A stretch of DNA of 64,000 nucleotides from Anolis carolinensis (lineage: Eukaryota). Made by a program: the position numbers and the translations under genes. The notes below the pieces were generated by a model. That model did no database searches. It was not told the DNA's origin and saw only the letters and a program-made list of their open reading frames with translations. The DNA lies in the NCBI RefSeq assembly GCF_035594765.1, contig NW_026943819.1:16976703-17040702 (forward strand), in the 5' to 3' direction. Position 1 is the first letter of the stretch; the number at the start of each line of letters is the position of its first letter. Below are positions 38,588 to 49,622 of this stretch, piece after piece.

Positions 38588-39823
38588 GATTGCTGTTTGT
38601 TTTTCGGGCTGTATGGCCATGTTCCAGAAACATTCTTTCTTGATGTTTTGCCTGCAACTATGGCAGGCCTCAGCAGAGATTGTGAGGTCTGTTGGAAACC
38701 AGGCAATGAGGTTTATCTATCTGTGGACTGTCCAGGGTGTGAGAAAAAACTCTTGTCTGTTTGAGGCAAGTGTGAATGTTTCAATTGGTTACCTTGATTA
38801 GCACTGAATAGCCTTCACCTTCAATGTCTTGCAGTTGACTTCCTGCCTGGGGGAATCCTTTGTTGGGATATGTTAGCTGGCCCTGATTGTTTCGTGTCTG
38901 TAATTCCCCTGTTTTTGAGTGTTGTTCTTTTTTTACTGTCCTGATTTTAGAGTTTTTAATACTGATAGCAAGATTTTGTTCATTTTCATAGTTTCCTCCT
39001 TTCTGTTGAAATTGTCCACATGCTTGGGGATTTCAGTGGTTTCTCTGTGGAGTCTGACATGGTGATTGTTAGAGTGGTCCAGCATTTCTATGTTTTCCAA
39101 TAACATGCTGTGTCCAGGTTGGTGCATCAAGTGCTCTGCTATGGCTGACTTCTCTGCAATGCCTTTCAATGGGTAATGCTGCATTTGGTAGTCCGGATGT
39201 AGACTTATCCACAGCTGCATGGTATACGGTAGACTCCTGCAGACCTAATCAAGGTGTCCAATTGAAACATTCACACCTGCCTCAAACAGACAAGAGTTCT
39301 TTCTCCCACCCTGGACATTATTCCACAGATATATAAACCTCCCTTCCTAGTTTCCAACAGATCTCACAGCTTCTGAGGATGCCTGCCATAGGTAAACCCT
39401 AACCCTGACATTAGGTCCAGTTGTGTCAGACTCTGGGGGTCGGTGCTCATCTCCATTTCTAAGCTGAAGAGCTGGCATTATTCGTAGACACCTCCAAGGT
39501 CATGTGACCAGCATGACTGCATGGAGCGCCGTTACCTTTCCGCAGAAGCGGTACCTATTGATCTACTCACATTTGCATATTTTTGAACTGCCAGGTTGGC
39601 AGAAGCTGGGGCAAATAGTGGGAGCTCACTCCACTCCCTGGATTCGAACCGCCAACCTTTCGGTCAGCAAGTTCAGCAGCTCTGTGGTTTAATCCTCTGC
39701 GCCATTGGGGCTCCATAGATGCACGCAAAACATCAGGAAAGAATGTTTCTGGAACATGGCCATAGAGTCCAGAAAACTCACAGCAACCCAGTGATTCCGG
39801 TCATGAAAGCCTTCCACAACACA
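38588..39823. mobile_element. Penelope element with inverted arms (minus 38588-39243, plus 39245-39823), interrupted by a Sauria SINE
   Basis: Minus arm encodes GVYRIPCSCG*VYIRTTK (GIY-YIG) and KSAIAEH...NFNRKEE; plus arm is the pLTR. Confidence 0.85.
39392..39712 (-). mobile_element. Sauria SINE
   Basis: tRNA-like head (GGTTCGAATCC) and body matching the copy at 56080; TSD CCATAG. Confidence 0.85.
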
Positions 39824-39835
39824 GTAAATTTAAAG

Positions 39836-39915
39836 CAGTGGTTCCCAATCTGTGGGCACCCAGCAGTAAGTTTGAAGGACAAAACACCTGGGGACCCATA
39901 GGTTGAGAACCACTG
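39836..39915. mobile_element. hAT MITE
   Basis: CAGTGGTT TIRs; TSD ATTTAAAG. Confidence 0.8.
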
Positions 39916-40101
39916 ATTTAAAGTTTCAAGACGTTTCATCTTAGCCCAGATGAGAATAACCTACCGATATGCTCGTGCTAGAAATAGACTTCAGGAAACA
40001 CAATACGAAGCTTACAATTTCATGTTCAAAAAGAATTGTGTCAAAAGTTAAAACAGTCTGAAGTTGACAACTGAGCATCTCAAACATGTTATTTATTTGA
40101 A

Positions 40102-40298
40102 CAGGTATGGGTAAGCTTGGGCCTTCGCTCCAGGTGTTTTGGACTCCAACTCCCACCATTCCTAACAGCCTCAGGCCCTTTTCCCCCTCAGCCGCTTAAG
40201 CGGCTGAGGGGGAAAAGGAAGGGGCCTGAGGCTGTTAGGAATGGTGGGAGTTGGAGTCCAAAACACCTGGAGCGAAGGCCCAAATTTGCCCAGGCTTG
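40102..40298. mobile_element. Palindromic hAT (URR1-like) MITE
   Basis: Near-perfect inverted repeat of about 95 bp centred on CTTAAG; related to 59936-60066. Confidence 0.8.
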
Positions 40299-40329
40299 GG
40301 TTCAGCCCTGTTCTAGAAACAAACTTGGC

Positions 40330-40870
40330 CCTCCCTCCCTCCCTCCCTCTTCTCGGCCTCCTCACCCCTCAGAAGCGGCGCTGCCTGCGCCCATAGAGCC
40401 CTCGCTGCTTCCACTCGGCGCCAGCCGCTCCCCGGGACATTCCAGAGAGAACCGGCGAGGCGGACGGGAGCCTCCATCCAACACCCAGCCACCGGCAAAG
40501 GCAGCCCGCAGCCCCGTCCTGAGGAGGTGTCGTTCCCGCCGCCGCCAAGGCGCCAGACCTCCTCCTGCTTCTCCCTCACAGCGCTCACTGACTGACTGAC
40601 TGACTGACTGGAGCCGCGAGCGAGCCGACTGGCTGCCGCGCACGCGCGCTAACGACGGGCGCTCGCGCTCGCTCCCTCGCAGTGGGCGGGGCTTCGCGCC
40701 CCTCATAGCCTCCCTCGAAAGCGCCAAAGTCTCTCCCACCGATTAGAAGGGAACGGCCGCGCGTGCGCAAAAGGGCCAGCTTGCTCTCGTCCCTTTTCTC
40801 GCCTCTCGCTTGGCCACGCCCCTTTTCTCCACCGCCCCGCCCACTCCTCCCTCCGCCCCCACGTGGCTTC
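40330..40870 (-). promoter_or_regulatory. CDON: CpG island: probable CDON promoter and non-coding exon 1
   Basis: Sharp GC/CpG-rich block in AT-rich DNA; GC boxes; CACGTG at about 40860; CGCGCACGCGCG; (ACTG)n at 40587-40610; candidate donor GG|GTGAG at 40366/40365; located 15 kb upstream of the coding start. Confidence 0.75.
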
Positions 40871-41010
40871 TTCTTTCCTCTTGCAGTTCTTTGGGAGAGG
40901 AAGTCAGTGTACTTATTGTTATATATTATTATATTGTATTATTATTAGTATTATATTAATTTACATGGCAACATTATTATAAATATTGTATGTATACACA
41001 ATATATTGTA

Positions 41011-43453
41011 CAGTAGACTCTCACTTATCCAACACTCGCTTATCCAACGTTCTGGATAATCCAAGCCATTTTTGTAGTCGACGTTTTCAATATATCGTGA
41101 TATTTTGGTGCTAAATTCGTAAATACAGTAATTACAACATAACATTACTGCGTATTGAACTATTTTTTTCTGTCAAATTTGTTGTGTAACATGATGTTTT
41201 GGTGCTTAATTTGTAAAATCATAACCTAATTTGAAGTTTAATAGGCTTGATGACCGTGGCGCCAGCTTTCAAATTGATTTGAACCCGCAGCGGAGAGTTC
41301 CGCAGATCCATCACCAAAGGAACGGAGCGGGACCGCAGCAGACTATTATTAAAAGATCTTTTTTTTTTCACTTTCCCCTTCCCTGGACTATGTAACAAAT
41401 CCCCCCAATAAAAGTAGCATTCATTTTTAACAGTAACACTTTCTATCTGGTTATTTTGTGTCTTTCCCTGACTCCTTCTTTTGCATGCAATTCCCCCCCC
41501 CCTCTCTCTCTCTCTAACCCATCCGACCTTTAAACTCTGGCGGAGGCTTCCCCCCGCCATAGGTTAATACGGCGGACGATACAAATTGGCTCATATCTTT
41601 ATCAAAATTACCCCTAGCACGCTCTTCTTTTAGTCCTAACCCTTTCTAAGGCTCCTGACCCAAGGACCACCAGCGGAACCAAAATCGGTCCAGTTTTTGG
41701 CACCTCATCAGCTGACTGTCAAACGGAACCGACTGCTCTTTTCAAGCCAGACTGCTCTCTTCCAGCCTCATCCCGGACTTTCCTCTCCCCGCGACCCGCG
41801 GGATGGTTTTAAGAGATCACTGGTCCCTTTCTGTGAACTGTGGATGGGGGTTCGCTCTCCCGCTGGGGAGACATAGTTCTCCAAGGACCTTCACCCTCTC
41901 TGCAGCTGCCAGGAGGGTGCCTGGTCGGGCACCCTCCACGTTTCATTCACACCTTCATAATTTTATGAATGAGAAGAACACTCTTCCCCAGACCTACCCC
42001 TGAACTTATGAAAACCTATACTTCCAAAGACTGCAACCCACATGTACCTCTTCTCCATGCTATTTCTATGAATTCCTTCCACCACAGATGAACTCTTTTC
42101 CCAATGTATCCGTGAATTTTTATATTCTATGTACCTGGACACCCTCATGAATCACTATTGTATGAATTTCTAATCGTTGGGCTAACTTCATGAATTGTAA
42201 AATCATGCTGCTAAAACTCCACTTTTATGAATTTCCATATTGGGTTCCCCAGATGTTATGAACTTCGTACTTATCAAATGTTTTTCAATTGTTTATATCA
42301 TTCATGATTCCCCTTTATGCAATGTAACTCACTTTTATGGATTCTCCCTTATTTCCATGAAATCTATCTGTCTGCCTATATGTATTTGTACTCTTTGGGA
42401 TCCCCGGGAAATATGTATTTTTCCCAGCAGGGTTTATATTTCAACTTTATTTTATTTTTCATTTTATTTCATATAATTGCCAAGTCATGAAATCAAATAG
42501 GAAATATTTTGAACTCAACCTGAACCCCAGAACCTATCCCATTTCCTATGACCCAGGCTTCCCTTCCCAAAAACAAAAGGATAATCTGCCACCGCTAAAC
42601 CCAATCAAATTCACATTGCATGGACAATATAGGGCTTGAGTCGCCGAATTCGGAGTATTGACCTAAAGGTGATTCGCCCCAAGGCAAACATTGTCATATC
42701 TCATCCAAAGGAAAAACCAGGACACCTCAGGAAGGCGCCCTGCAGAGCCTGTCAATATGGCTCATCACCACCCATCTTTACTTCCACCTCTGACACCCCA
42801 AGGCATATCTAAAATCTGTATATGTGACAGAAACCCGGACACCCTTGATTGCTACCATTAATCCCTTTAGAAATCGGTCTAGCAGGAATTAATCCGATAT
42901 TTCCTGCCCTGTCACTTCATTGTTTCAATAACTCCCGGCTTCTCTTTCCTGATTGGCCCAAGTAGAGACAAAAGGCAGCTTCCTATTGGGCCAACGGAGC
43001 AAGGCGGGAAACGAAAGCCCGCCTCGTTCAACCTTCTAGCCTATCAACGATCAGATGGGCGGGGGAGCGGGGCGGAAAATTCAAAGGGCTGTCAGACTGA
43101 AATTTTGTATAAATATGGCTTTATTTTGATTATGTGGTACCCTAGTAGACTGAATGATCGCTACTAGAGTCCTTTTCAGCTGAATCGCTCAATAAAGACT
43201 CCTTGGCGGAATTTTCCTTCAACTTTGGCGGACATTCTTCATTTCGGCTTCAGGTTGTATTGTGGCTCATATTTTCCTATTGGCTCCGCCAAGGTCCGTT
43301 CTCTCAGGACCGGATCGGGTCCCTCCTTAAGGGCCCGATCCCCCAAAACGCGGTCGACAACAGGCTTTTCCTTAATCCCTCTTTATAATCCAAGATATTC
43401 GCTTATCCAACATTCTGCCGGCCCGTTGATGTTGGATAAGTGAGACTCTACTG
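41011..43453. mobile_element. Tc1/pogo MITE split by an LTR insertion (41011-41247 and 43363-43453)
   Basis: The two halves rejoin into the intact copy seen at 48457-48778. Confidence 0.9.
41248..43362 (+). mobile_element. Solo LTR, 2115 bp (ERV or Gypsy)
   Basis: TG...CA ends; 4-bp TSD GGCT at 41244-41247 and 43363-43366, defined against the intact host MITE; ATTGG boxes at 42952 and 42985; GC boxes at 43057-43075; TATAAATA at 43108; AATAAA at 43191. Confidence 0.85.
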
Positions 43454-43521
43454 TATTATATTTAATTACATTGCAACATTATTATAAATATTGTATGTAT
43501 ACACAATATATTGTATTTTTA

Positions 43522-43615
43522 AGGTAAAGGTTTCCCCTGACGTTAAGTCCAGTCGTGACCAACTCTGGGGGTTGGTGCTCATCTCAATTTCTAAGCCGAA
43601 GAGCCGGCGTTGTCC

Positions 43616-43653
<38 letters not shown>

Positions 43654-44194
43654 TTATTAAACTTTATTTGTACCCCGCTAGCATCTCCCGAAGGACTCGA
43701 TGCGGCTTACAAAGGCCAAGGCCTCAACACACAATATAACAATACAAAACAAAAGGCAAGTTAAAAACAATTAAAACAGTATAAACAACAAGCAATAAAC
43801 AATATGCTAAAACACAATAAAACTGGGCTGGGCCAGAGTAATGGGTACAAGATTAAAAGTGCTGATGTGACAGGTGATATATAAGGCTTCTAGGGCAAGT
43901 GCAGAGTGCAATATACGATCTTAGTTCTAATAAAGTGCTTATGGGACTTGGTATTGGAGATTGTAGACATCTCCTAGGTCATGTGGCTGGCATGACTGCA
44001 TGGAATGCCGTTACCTTCCCGCCGGAGCGGTACATATTGATCTACTCACATTGGCATGTTTTCGAACTGCTAGGTTGGCAGAAGCTGGAGCTAACAGCGG
44101 GCGCTCACTCCGCTCCCCAGATTTGAACCTGGGACCTTTTGGTCTGCAAGTTCAGCAGCTCAGCGCTTTAACACACTGAGCCACCAGAGGCTCC
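43522..44194 (-). mobile_element. Sauria SINE with a nested L2 3' fragment (about 43617-43962)
   Basis: 13-bp TSD TATTGTATTTTTA; (ACCTTT)n tail; SINE body interrupted at CCGTA/GTAGAC by an L2-like tail with (TAA)n. Confidence 0.85.
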
Positions 44195-44356
44195 TATTGT
44201 ATTTTTAGCATAGCACAATATTAGTATGATACATTACTGCATTGTATTATATCACTATACTGCAATATTATTAGTATATCAGTAAATTGTATTATTAGTA
44301 TTATACTGCATTAATATTATATTGTATTACATTATAATATTTAATATATTTTACTA

Positions 44357-44766
44357 CCCTGTTTCCCCGAAAATAAGACATCCCCTGAAAATAAGACCTA
44401 GTAGAGGTTTTGCTGAATTGCTAAATATAAGGCCTCCCCGAAAGTAAGACCCAGTAAAGTTTTTTTTTGGAAGCATGCCCAACGAACAGAACACCGGAGC
44501 ATGCAAGATTAGTAAATGTCCGTACCATAAATTGTTGTACATGAAAATAATGGTAGTAATAAATTCTTGATTCACAGTTTGTCTGGTTATGCTGGTTTGT
44601 GATGACAACTATGGTACAGTATAAATAAATGTTCATTTTTTTTGTTCAACAATAAATGTGAATTCTTCTTCATGGAAAAATAAGACACCCCCTGAAAATA
44701 AGACCTAGTGCATCTTTGGGAGCAAAAATTAATATAATACACTGTCTTATTTTCAAGGAAACAGGG
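44357..44766. mobile_element. Tc1/mariner-superfamily MITE
   Basis: TA|CCCTGTTTCCCCGAAAATAAGAC...GTCTTATTTTCAAGGAAACAGGG|TA. Confidence 0.8.
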
Positions 44767-44817
44767 TACATTATAATATTGTATTATTGTATTGTAATAT
44801 TGAATTACATTATAATA

Positions 44818-45151
44818 CTAGCTGTGCCCAGCCACGCGTTGCTGTGGCAAAGTATTGTGGTATGGGAAATAAAGTATTGAGGAATTGGTGGTAGTTAAGG
44901 TAAAGGGTCCCATGGGCTGAGTGGGTTACTAGGAGACCAAGTGAGTGGAGCTTAGCCTTCTAACTGGCAGCAATTGGATAAAAACAATTATTCCCCTCCC
45001 TCTAATTAGGACTTTATTTTTCTTTTCTTTTTGTTGTATCAACCTAGAGGCATGGATGAGGGGTTGTGCTGTCAATTTTCGAGGTTGTGGGGTGTTTACT
45101 TTTGCTGTTTTGTCCACTGCCGTGATGCCATCACTCTTTTATATATATAGA
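44818..45151 (-). mobile_element. Non-autonomous Helitron
   Basis: A|TC 5' end; subterminal GCCAC..GTGGC hairpin; CTAG|T 3' end; near-identical to 51211-51544. Confidence 0.8.
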
Positions 45152-45370
45152 TTAGCAATATATGTATAGATATGTATATACAACATATGTTTATATATGT
45201 TGTATATACATACACACACACACACATATATGTATGATATAGTACTATATTGTACTATACCACAATACTGCAATATTATTAGTATATTATTACTGTATAT
45301 TATTATATTGTATTATTATTAGTATTATATTGAATTACATTACAACATTATTATCAATATTATATGTATA

Positions 45371-45860
45371 CTAGCTGTGTACACGTTGCTGTGGTGAAAT
45401 ATGGTGATATGGGAAATAAAGTATTGAGGAATTGGTGGTAGTTAAGGTAAAGGGTAAAGGTTTTACCTTACATTAAGTCCATTATAAATGGGTTATATAG
45501 CTGTGTGGAAGGGCCTTGAGTCTACACTGCCATATAATCCAGTTAAAGTCTGAAAATCTGTATTTTATAGGCAGTGTGGAAGAGGCCTAAGTGAGGCCTA
45601 ACTGTGCCTGTCCCCTGGGCTGAGTGGGTTGCTAGGAGACCAAGTGGGCGGAGCTTAGCCTTCTAACTGGCAGCAATTTGATAAAACACTTATTCCTCTC
45701 CCTCTAATTAGGACTTTATTTTTCTTTTCTTTTTGTTGTAGGAATGTAGAGGCATGGATGAGGGGTTGTGCTGCCAAGTTTAGTGTTTCTGGGATGTGTA
45801 GTTTTGTTGTTTTGTCCTAGGCCGAAATTTCATTACCCTTTTATATATATATATATATAT
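45371..45860 (-). mobile_element. Non-autonomous Helitron, long variant
   Basis: Reverse-complement match to 52909-53399; CTAG end. Confidence 0.75.
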
Positions 45861-46867
45861 ACAATATATTGTATTATTAGCATAGCACAATATTAGTTTT
45901 ATACATTATTATATTGTACTATACCACGATACTGCAATATTATTAGTAATATTACATGTAATATATAATACACACTTGTTATATATTATACCGCAATCTA
46001 TATAGCACACTACCAGTATATTAAACTATTAGAATTATATAATATATTGTGCTATATAATATGTTTAGCCCAGGATAAATTCAGGATTTTGCTATACAAA
46101 ACTAAAGCTTCTTAAATTTCATGTGTGCTTTTATAATGTTAAGTGTGCTTTTATAATGTTAAAATGAGGCAGTGTTTTATTTTGTGAGAGGAGTCAAAAA
46201 GGCAAAAAGTAAGCAAAGGTTGGATAAAAAGTAAGCATTGCTCCTTTTTTTTCTCCTCACCTTAAATTTTGAGAAGTTAAGATAAATGCTGAAGTAAAGA
46301 GTAATATTAAGAAAGGACTAATTACTGCTCAAGCTACCTGATGACCTATAGGTGCCGGCTTGTGAGGTAGTAAATTAATAGTAAGTCATGGGGAAAAAAG
46401 TGAGTTGAAATACATTCACCATCAACAGTGCAGTGGTTCAGTTTTATGCCTAATGTCCCCTAGAGACCGCAGTGGTGATATATATAATAACTTCTCAAAT
46501 TAAAAATGGCCCAGTGTCATAAATAAAGAAAACTGTTCTTTTGCCAGTTGGTTTTTCTATCCTTAGGGGATCTAAGAACCTTGAACAAATGCAACAGGGT
46601 CAGTCTCTATTAATTTGAAAGTCAAACTAGTCTCAGGAAAGTGATATTTGGGAGAGCCGATTATCAGACAGGTATCCAGCAGAACAGTTGAACCTTGTAT
46701 TGAATTACATACTTTGAATGACTGATCTTACCTTTCTGACAAGATTGGCTACTGGTTTTTGTGGAATCATAGCTCTGGAAGAGACGCCAAGGACCAGTCC
46801 AATCAAAGCACACTCGACAGATGGCCATCCAGCCTCAAATTAAAAACCTCCACTATATTCCACTGTC

Positions 46868-47123
46868 AAACCTTTTTATATCATGTCAGAAGCAAATTGA
46901 GAACATACTGCAAGTTGCTTCTGGTGTGAGATAATTGGCCATCTACAAAGATGTTGCCCAGGCTGTATGTGTTACCATCCTGTTGGGAGGCTTCTCTCAT
47001 GTCCCTGCATGGGAAGCTAGGGCTGACAGATGAGAGCTCACCCCATCTTGCGGATTCAAACCACCAACCTTCAGATTAGCAGTTAATTCGGCACAAGTGT
47101 TTAACCCATTGCACCACCGAGGC
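46868..47123 (-). mobile_element. tRNA-derived SINE (Anolis SINE2-like)
   Basis: Minus-strand A box (GGTGGTGCAATGG) and B box (GGTTTGAATCC); A-rich 3' end. Confidence 0.6.
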
Positions 47124-47309
47124 CTGTAGAACTGAAAATGCTGTGTTCTGCTAAAAAGAAAAATGTTAATTGGTCCCAAAACATCCCAGTACAGGACTCT
47201 TTGTGTCAGGATTTCTCAACACTAAAAAACAAATATGGATTTTGGTTCTGAATATTTTGAAATATTTTTTCCAGCTCAGCTTTTGAAAGCTCTTGATGAA
47301 CTTTCTAAG

Positions 47310-47560
47310 TGCCCCATCTACACTGCCATATGAAATCCAGATTAACTGCTTTGATAATTGGATGATATGGCAGTGTAGATCCAGCCTAAACAAATTCATG
47401 CTTGTTCATGGAAACAGAGGCCCCTTCTACACTACCATATAATCCAGTTCCTAATCTCAGATTATGTGGTTTGAACTGGATTATATGGCAGTGTGGATTC
47501 ATATAAGCAGAGAATTTGGAATCAGATGTTGCATTATACAGCAGTGTAGATCCAGCCAGA
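47310..47560. repeat. CTACACTGCCATATAATCCAG-family palindromic MITEs (PIF/Harbinger-like); also at 48860-49140, 50335-50470 and 50674-51155
   Basis: Multi-copy inverted motifs GGCCCCTTCTACACTGCC / GGCAGTGTAGA; superfamily assignment tentative. Confidence 0.55.
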
Positions 47561-48456
47561 GAGCCCTGAATTTGCACCATCCAATTATTTGTAAATATGC
47601 AGTGCCTTCTATTGCATGTTTACTTGAAAGTAATCCTACCATATCCAGTTGGATTTACTCCAGTAATTTGTTCAGCATCACACCAATTTTTTACGCTTTT
47701 CCCTGCAAAGGGTCCTACAATGAAACGCTGAACACAACAACACACTATGGACAAATCGGAGCCAGGGTGATGCAGCCAGTGTCGGTATGATTCATACGAC
47801 TGTGTTTAGAATCCACTTGACTATGATGGGTTTTTAGACAAACAACAAAACATAAAGTGAGGGAAGTTTGTATATCATCCATCTAAAAGACGACAGATTG
47901 CGGGCTGCTGAAAGTTTGGCGGACACTTTGCTAGTCTAAAAATAAGCCTTTTTCAGAGATTGCCATCACTAGACAAAACAAGAGCCTTCACTGCAGGTCT
48001 TAGATATTGACATTAACTGCAAACTGAAAATAAAAGTTTTAAATTAAGCAAAATATTTTCAAACCTTCAACTCCAGCTCTCCCAAGTTTTCAAATAAATA
48101 TAACAGTGGTTAGGGAAGAAATGCCTGGTATTCATCCAGGTAAGTGCTTGTAAATCATAACAACATAATCAGTGGGGGCGGGGGCGGGGGGGGGATACAT
48201 TCCACATTTAAAGCTGGAAACTACATCTGCACTGGAGTATTTAGTCCAGTTTGGCACCACTTTAACTGCCATGTCTCAATGCTATAGAATCCTAGGAGTT
48301 GTAGTGCGATGAGGCCACAGTACTCTTCGGCAGAAAAAGCTATAGATCTTACAGAACTACAACTCCCATGTATCCATAATATTGAGACTTTTCACAATTT
48401 CAATGAGTCAGATAATAGACATAGGGTTCCATGTGTCTTGAGTTGCTTTGCAAGTA

Positions 48457-48778
48457 CAGTAGAGTCTCACTTATCCAAGCCTCGCTTATCCAAGCCTCTG
48501 GATAATCCAAGCAATTTTTGTAGTCAATGTTTTCAATATATCATGATATTTTGGTGCTAAATTCGTAAATACAGTAATTACAACATAACATTACTGCGTA
48601 TTGTACTGCTTTTTCTGTCAAATTTGTTGTATAACATGATGTTTTGGTGCTTAATTTGTAAAATCATAACCTAATTTGATGTTTAATAGGCTTTTCCTTA
48701 ATCCCTCCTTATTCTCCACTTATTCGCTTATCCAAGCTTCTGCCGGCCCGTTTAGCTTGGATAAGTGAGACTCTACTG
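48457..48778. mobile_element. Tc1/pogo MITE, intact
   Basis: Perfect TIR CAGTAGAGTCTCACTTATCCAAGC; TA TSD. Confidence 0.9.
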
Positions 48779-49392
48779 TATGTAGCTCCATATAACTTTT
48801 ATTCCATGGTTAGAGAAACAAAGCACATTCACCCATTCACACTACATAGTTCACCTTAAGGCTGGAGCTACACTGATCCCAGGCCCCTTCTACACTGCCA
48901 TATAAAATCCAGATTATCTACTTTGAACTGGATTATATGGCAGTGTAGACTCATATAATTCATTTCAAAGCAGATAAAGTGGATCATCCGCTTTGACAAT
49001 CTGGATTATATGACGTTGTAGAAGGGCCCCCCAGATTATCTGTTTTGAATTGGATTATATGAGTCTACACTGTCATATAATCCAGTTCAAAGCAGATAAT
49101 CTGGAATCAGAAACTGGATGATATGGAAGTTAGATCCAGCCTGACTGCCATGGTTCCACAATATGGGGTCCTGGGACTTGTAGTTTGGTGAGGCACTAGA
49201 ACACTTTAGCAGAGAACTCTAAATACTTTTCTTTTCACTGCAAATCCCATTGGCTGTTTCCCTGGCACTTAAAGCAAACCATAGCATTTTTAATGTGTAA
49301 GATTCAAAGTATTTTATGAGGTAAGGCCATGTGAGTCTGCTGGAGTAAAAGAAACTGACTTCATAACTTCTTAAAGTTTCTAACTTTAAGAA

Positions 49393-49622
49393 GGGCTCGG
49401 GCTGTGGCGCAGGCTGGAGAGCAGCTGCAATGAATCACTGCAATGAATCACTCTGACCAGGAGGTCATGAGTTCGAGGCCCGCCCGGAGCCTATGTTTGT
49501 TTGTCTTTGTTCTATGTTAAAAGGCATTGAATGTTTTCCTATATGTGTAATGTGATCCACCCTGAGTCCCCTTCGGGGTGAGAAGGGTGGAATATAAATG
49601 CTGTAAATAAATAAATAAATAA
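49393..49622 (+). mobile_element. tRNA-derived SINE with L2-type 3' tail; 5'-truncated second copy at about 54255-54450 (minus)
   Basis: A box TGGCGCAGGCTGG; B box GAGTTCGAGGC; CCCTGAGTCCCCTTCGGGGTGAGAAGGG stem-loop; (TAAA)n. Confidence 0.75.

Larger units (their letters stand above)
40915..46065. repeat. Degenerate AT-rich minisatellite forming the backbone into which the TEs above are inserted
   Basis: Recurring units, e.g. TTACATTGCAACATTATTATAAATATTGTATGTATACACAATATATTGTA at about 40961 and 43466, and CATAGCACAATATTAGT at about 44209 and 45881. Confidence 0.65.

Noticed and set aside
40117-40948. Pro/Arg/Gly-rich ORFs up to 160 aa
   Set aside because: Stop-poor GC-rich CpG island plus palindromic MITE; no domain signal
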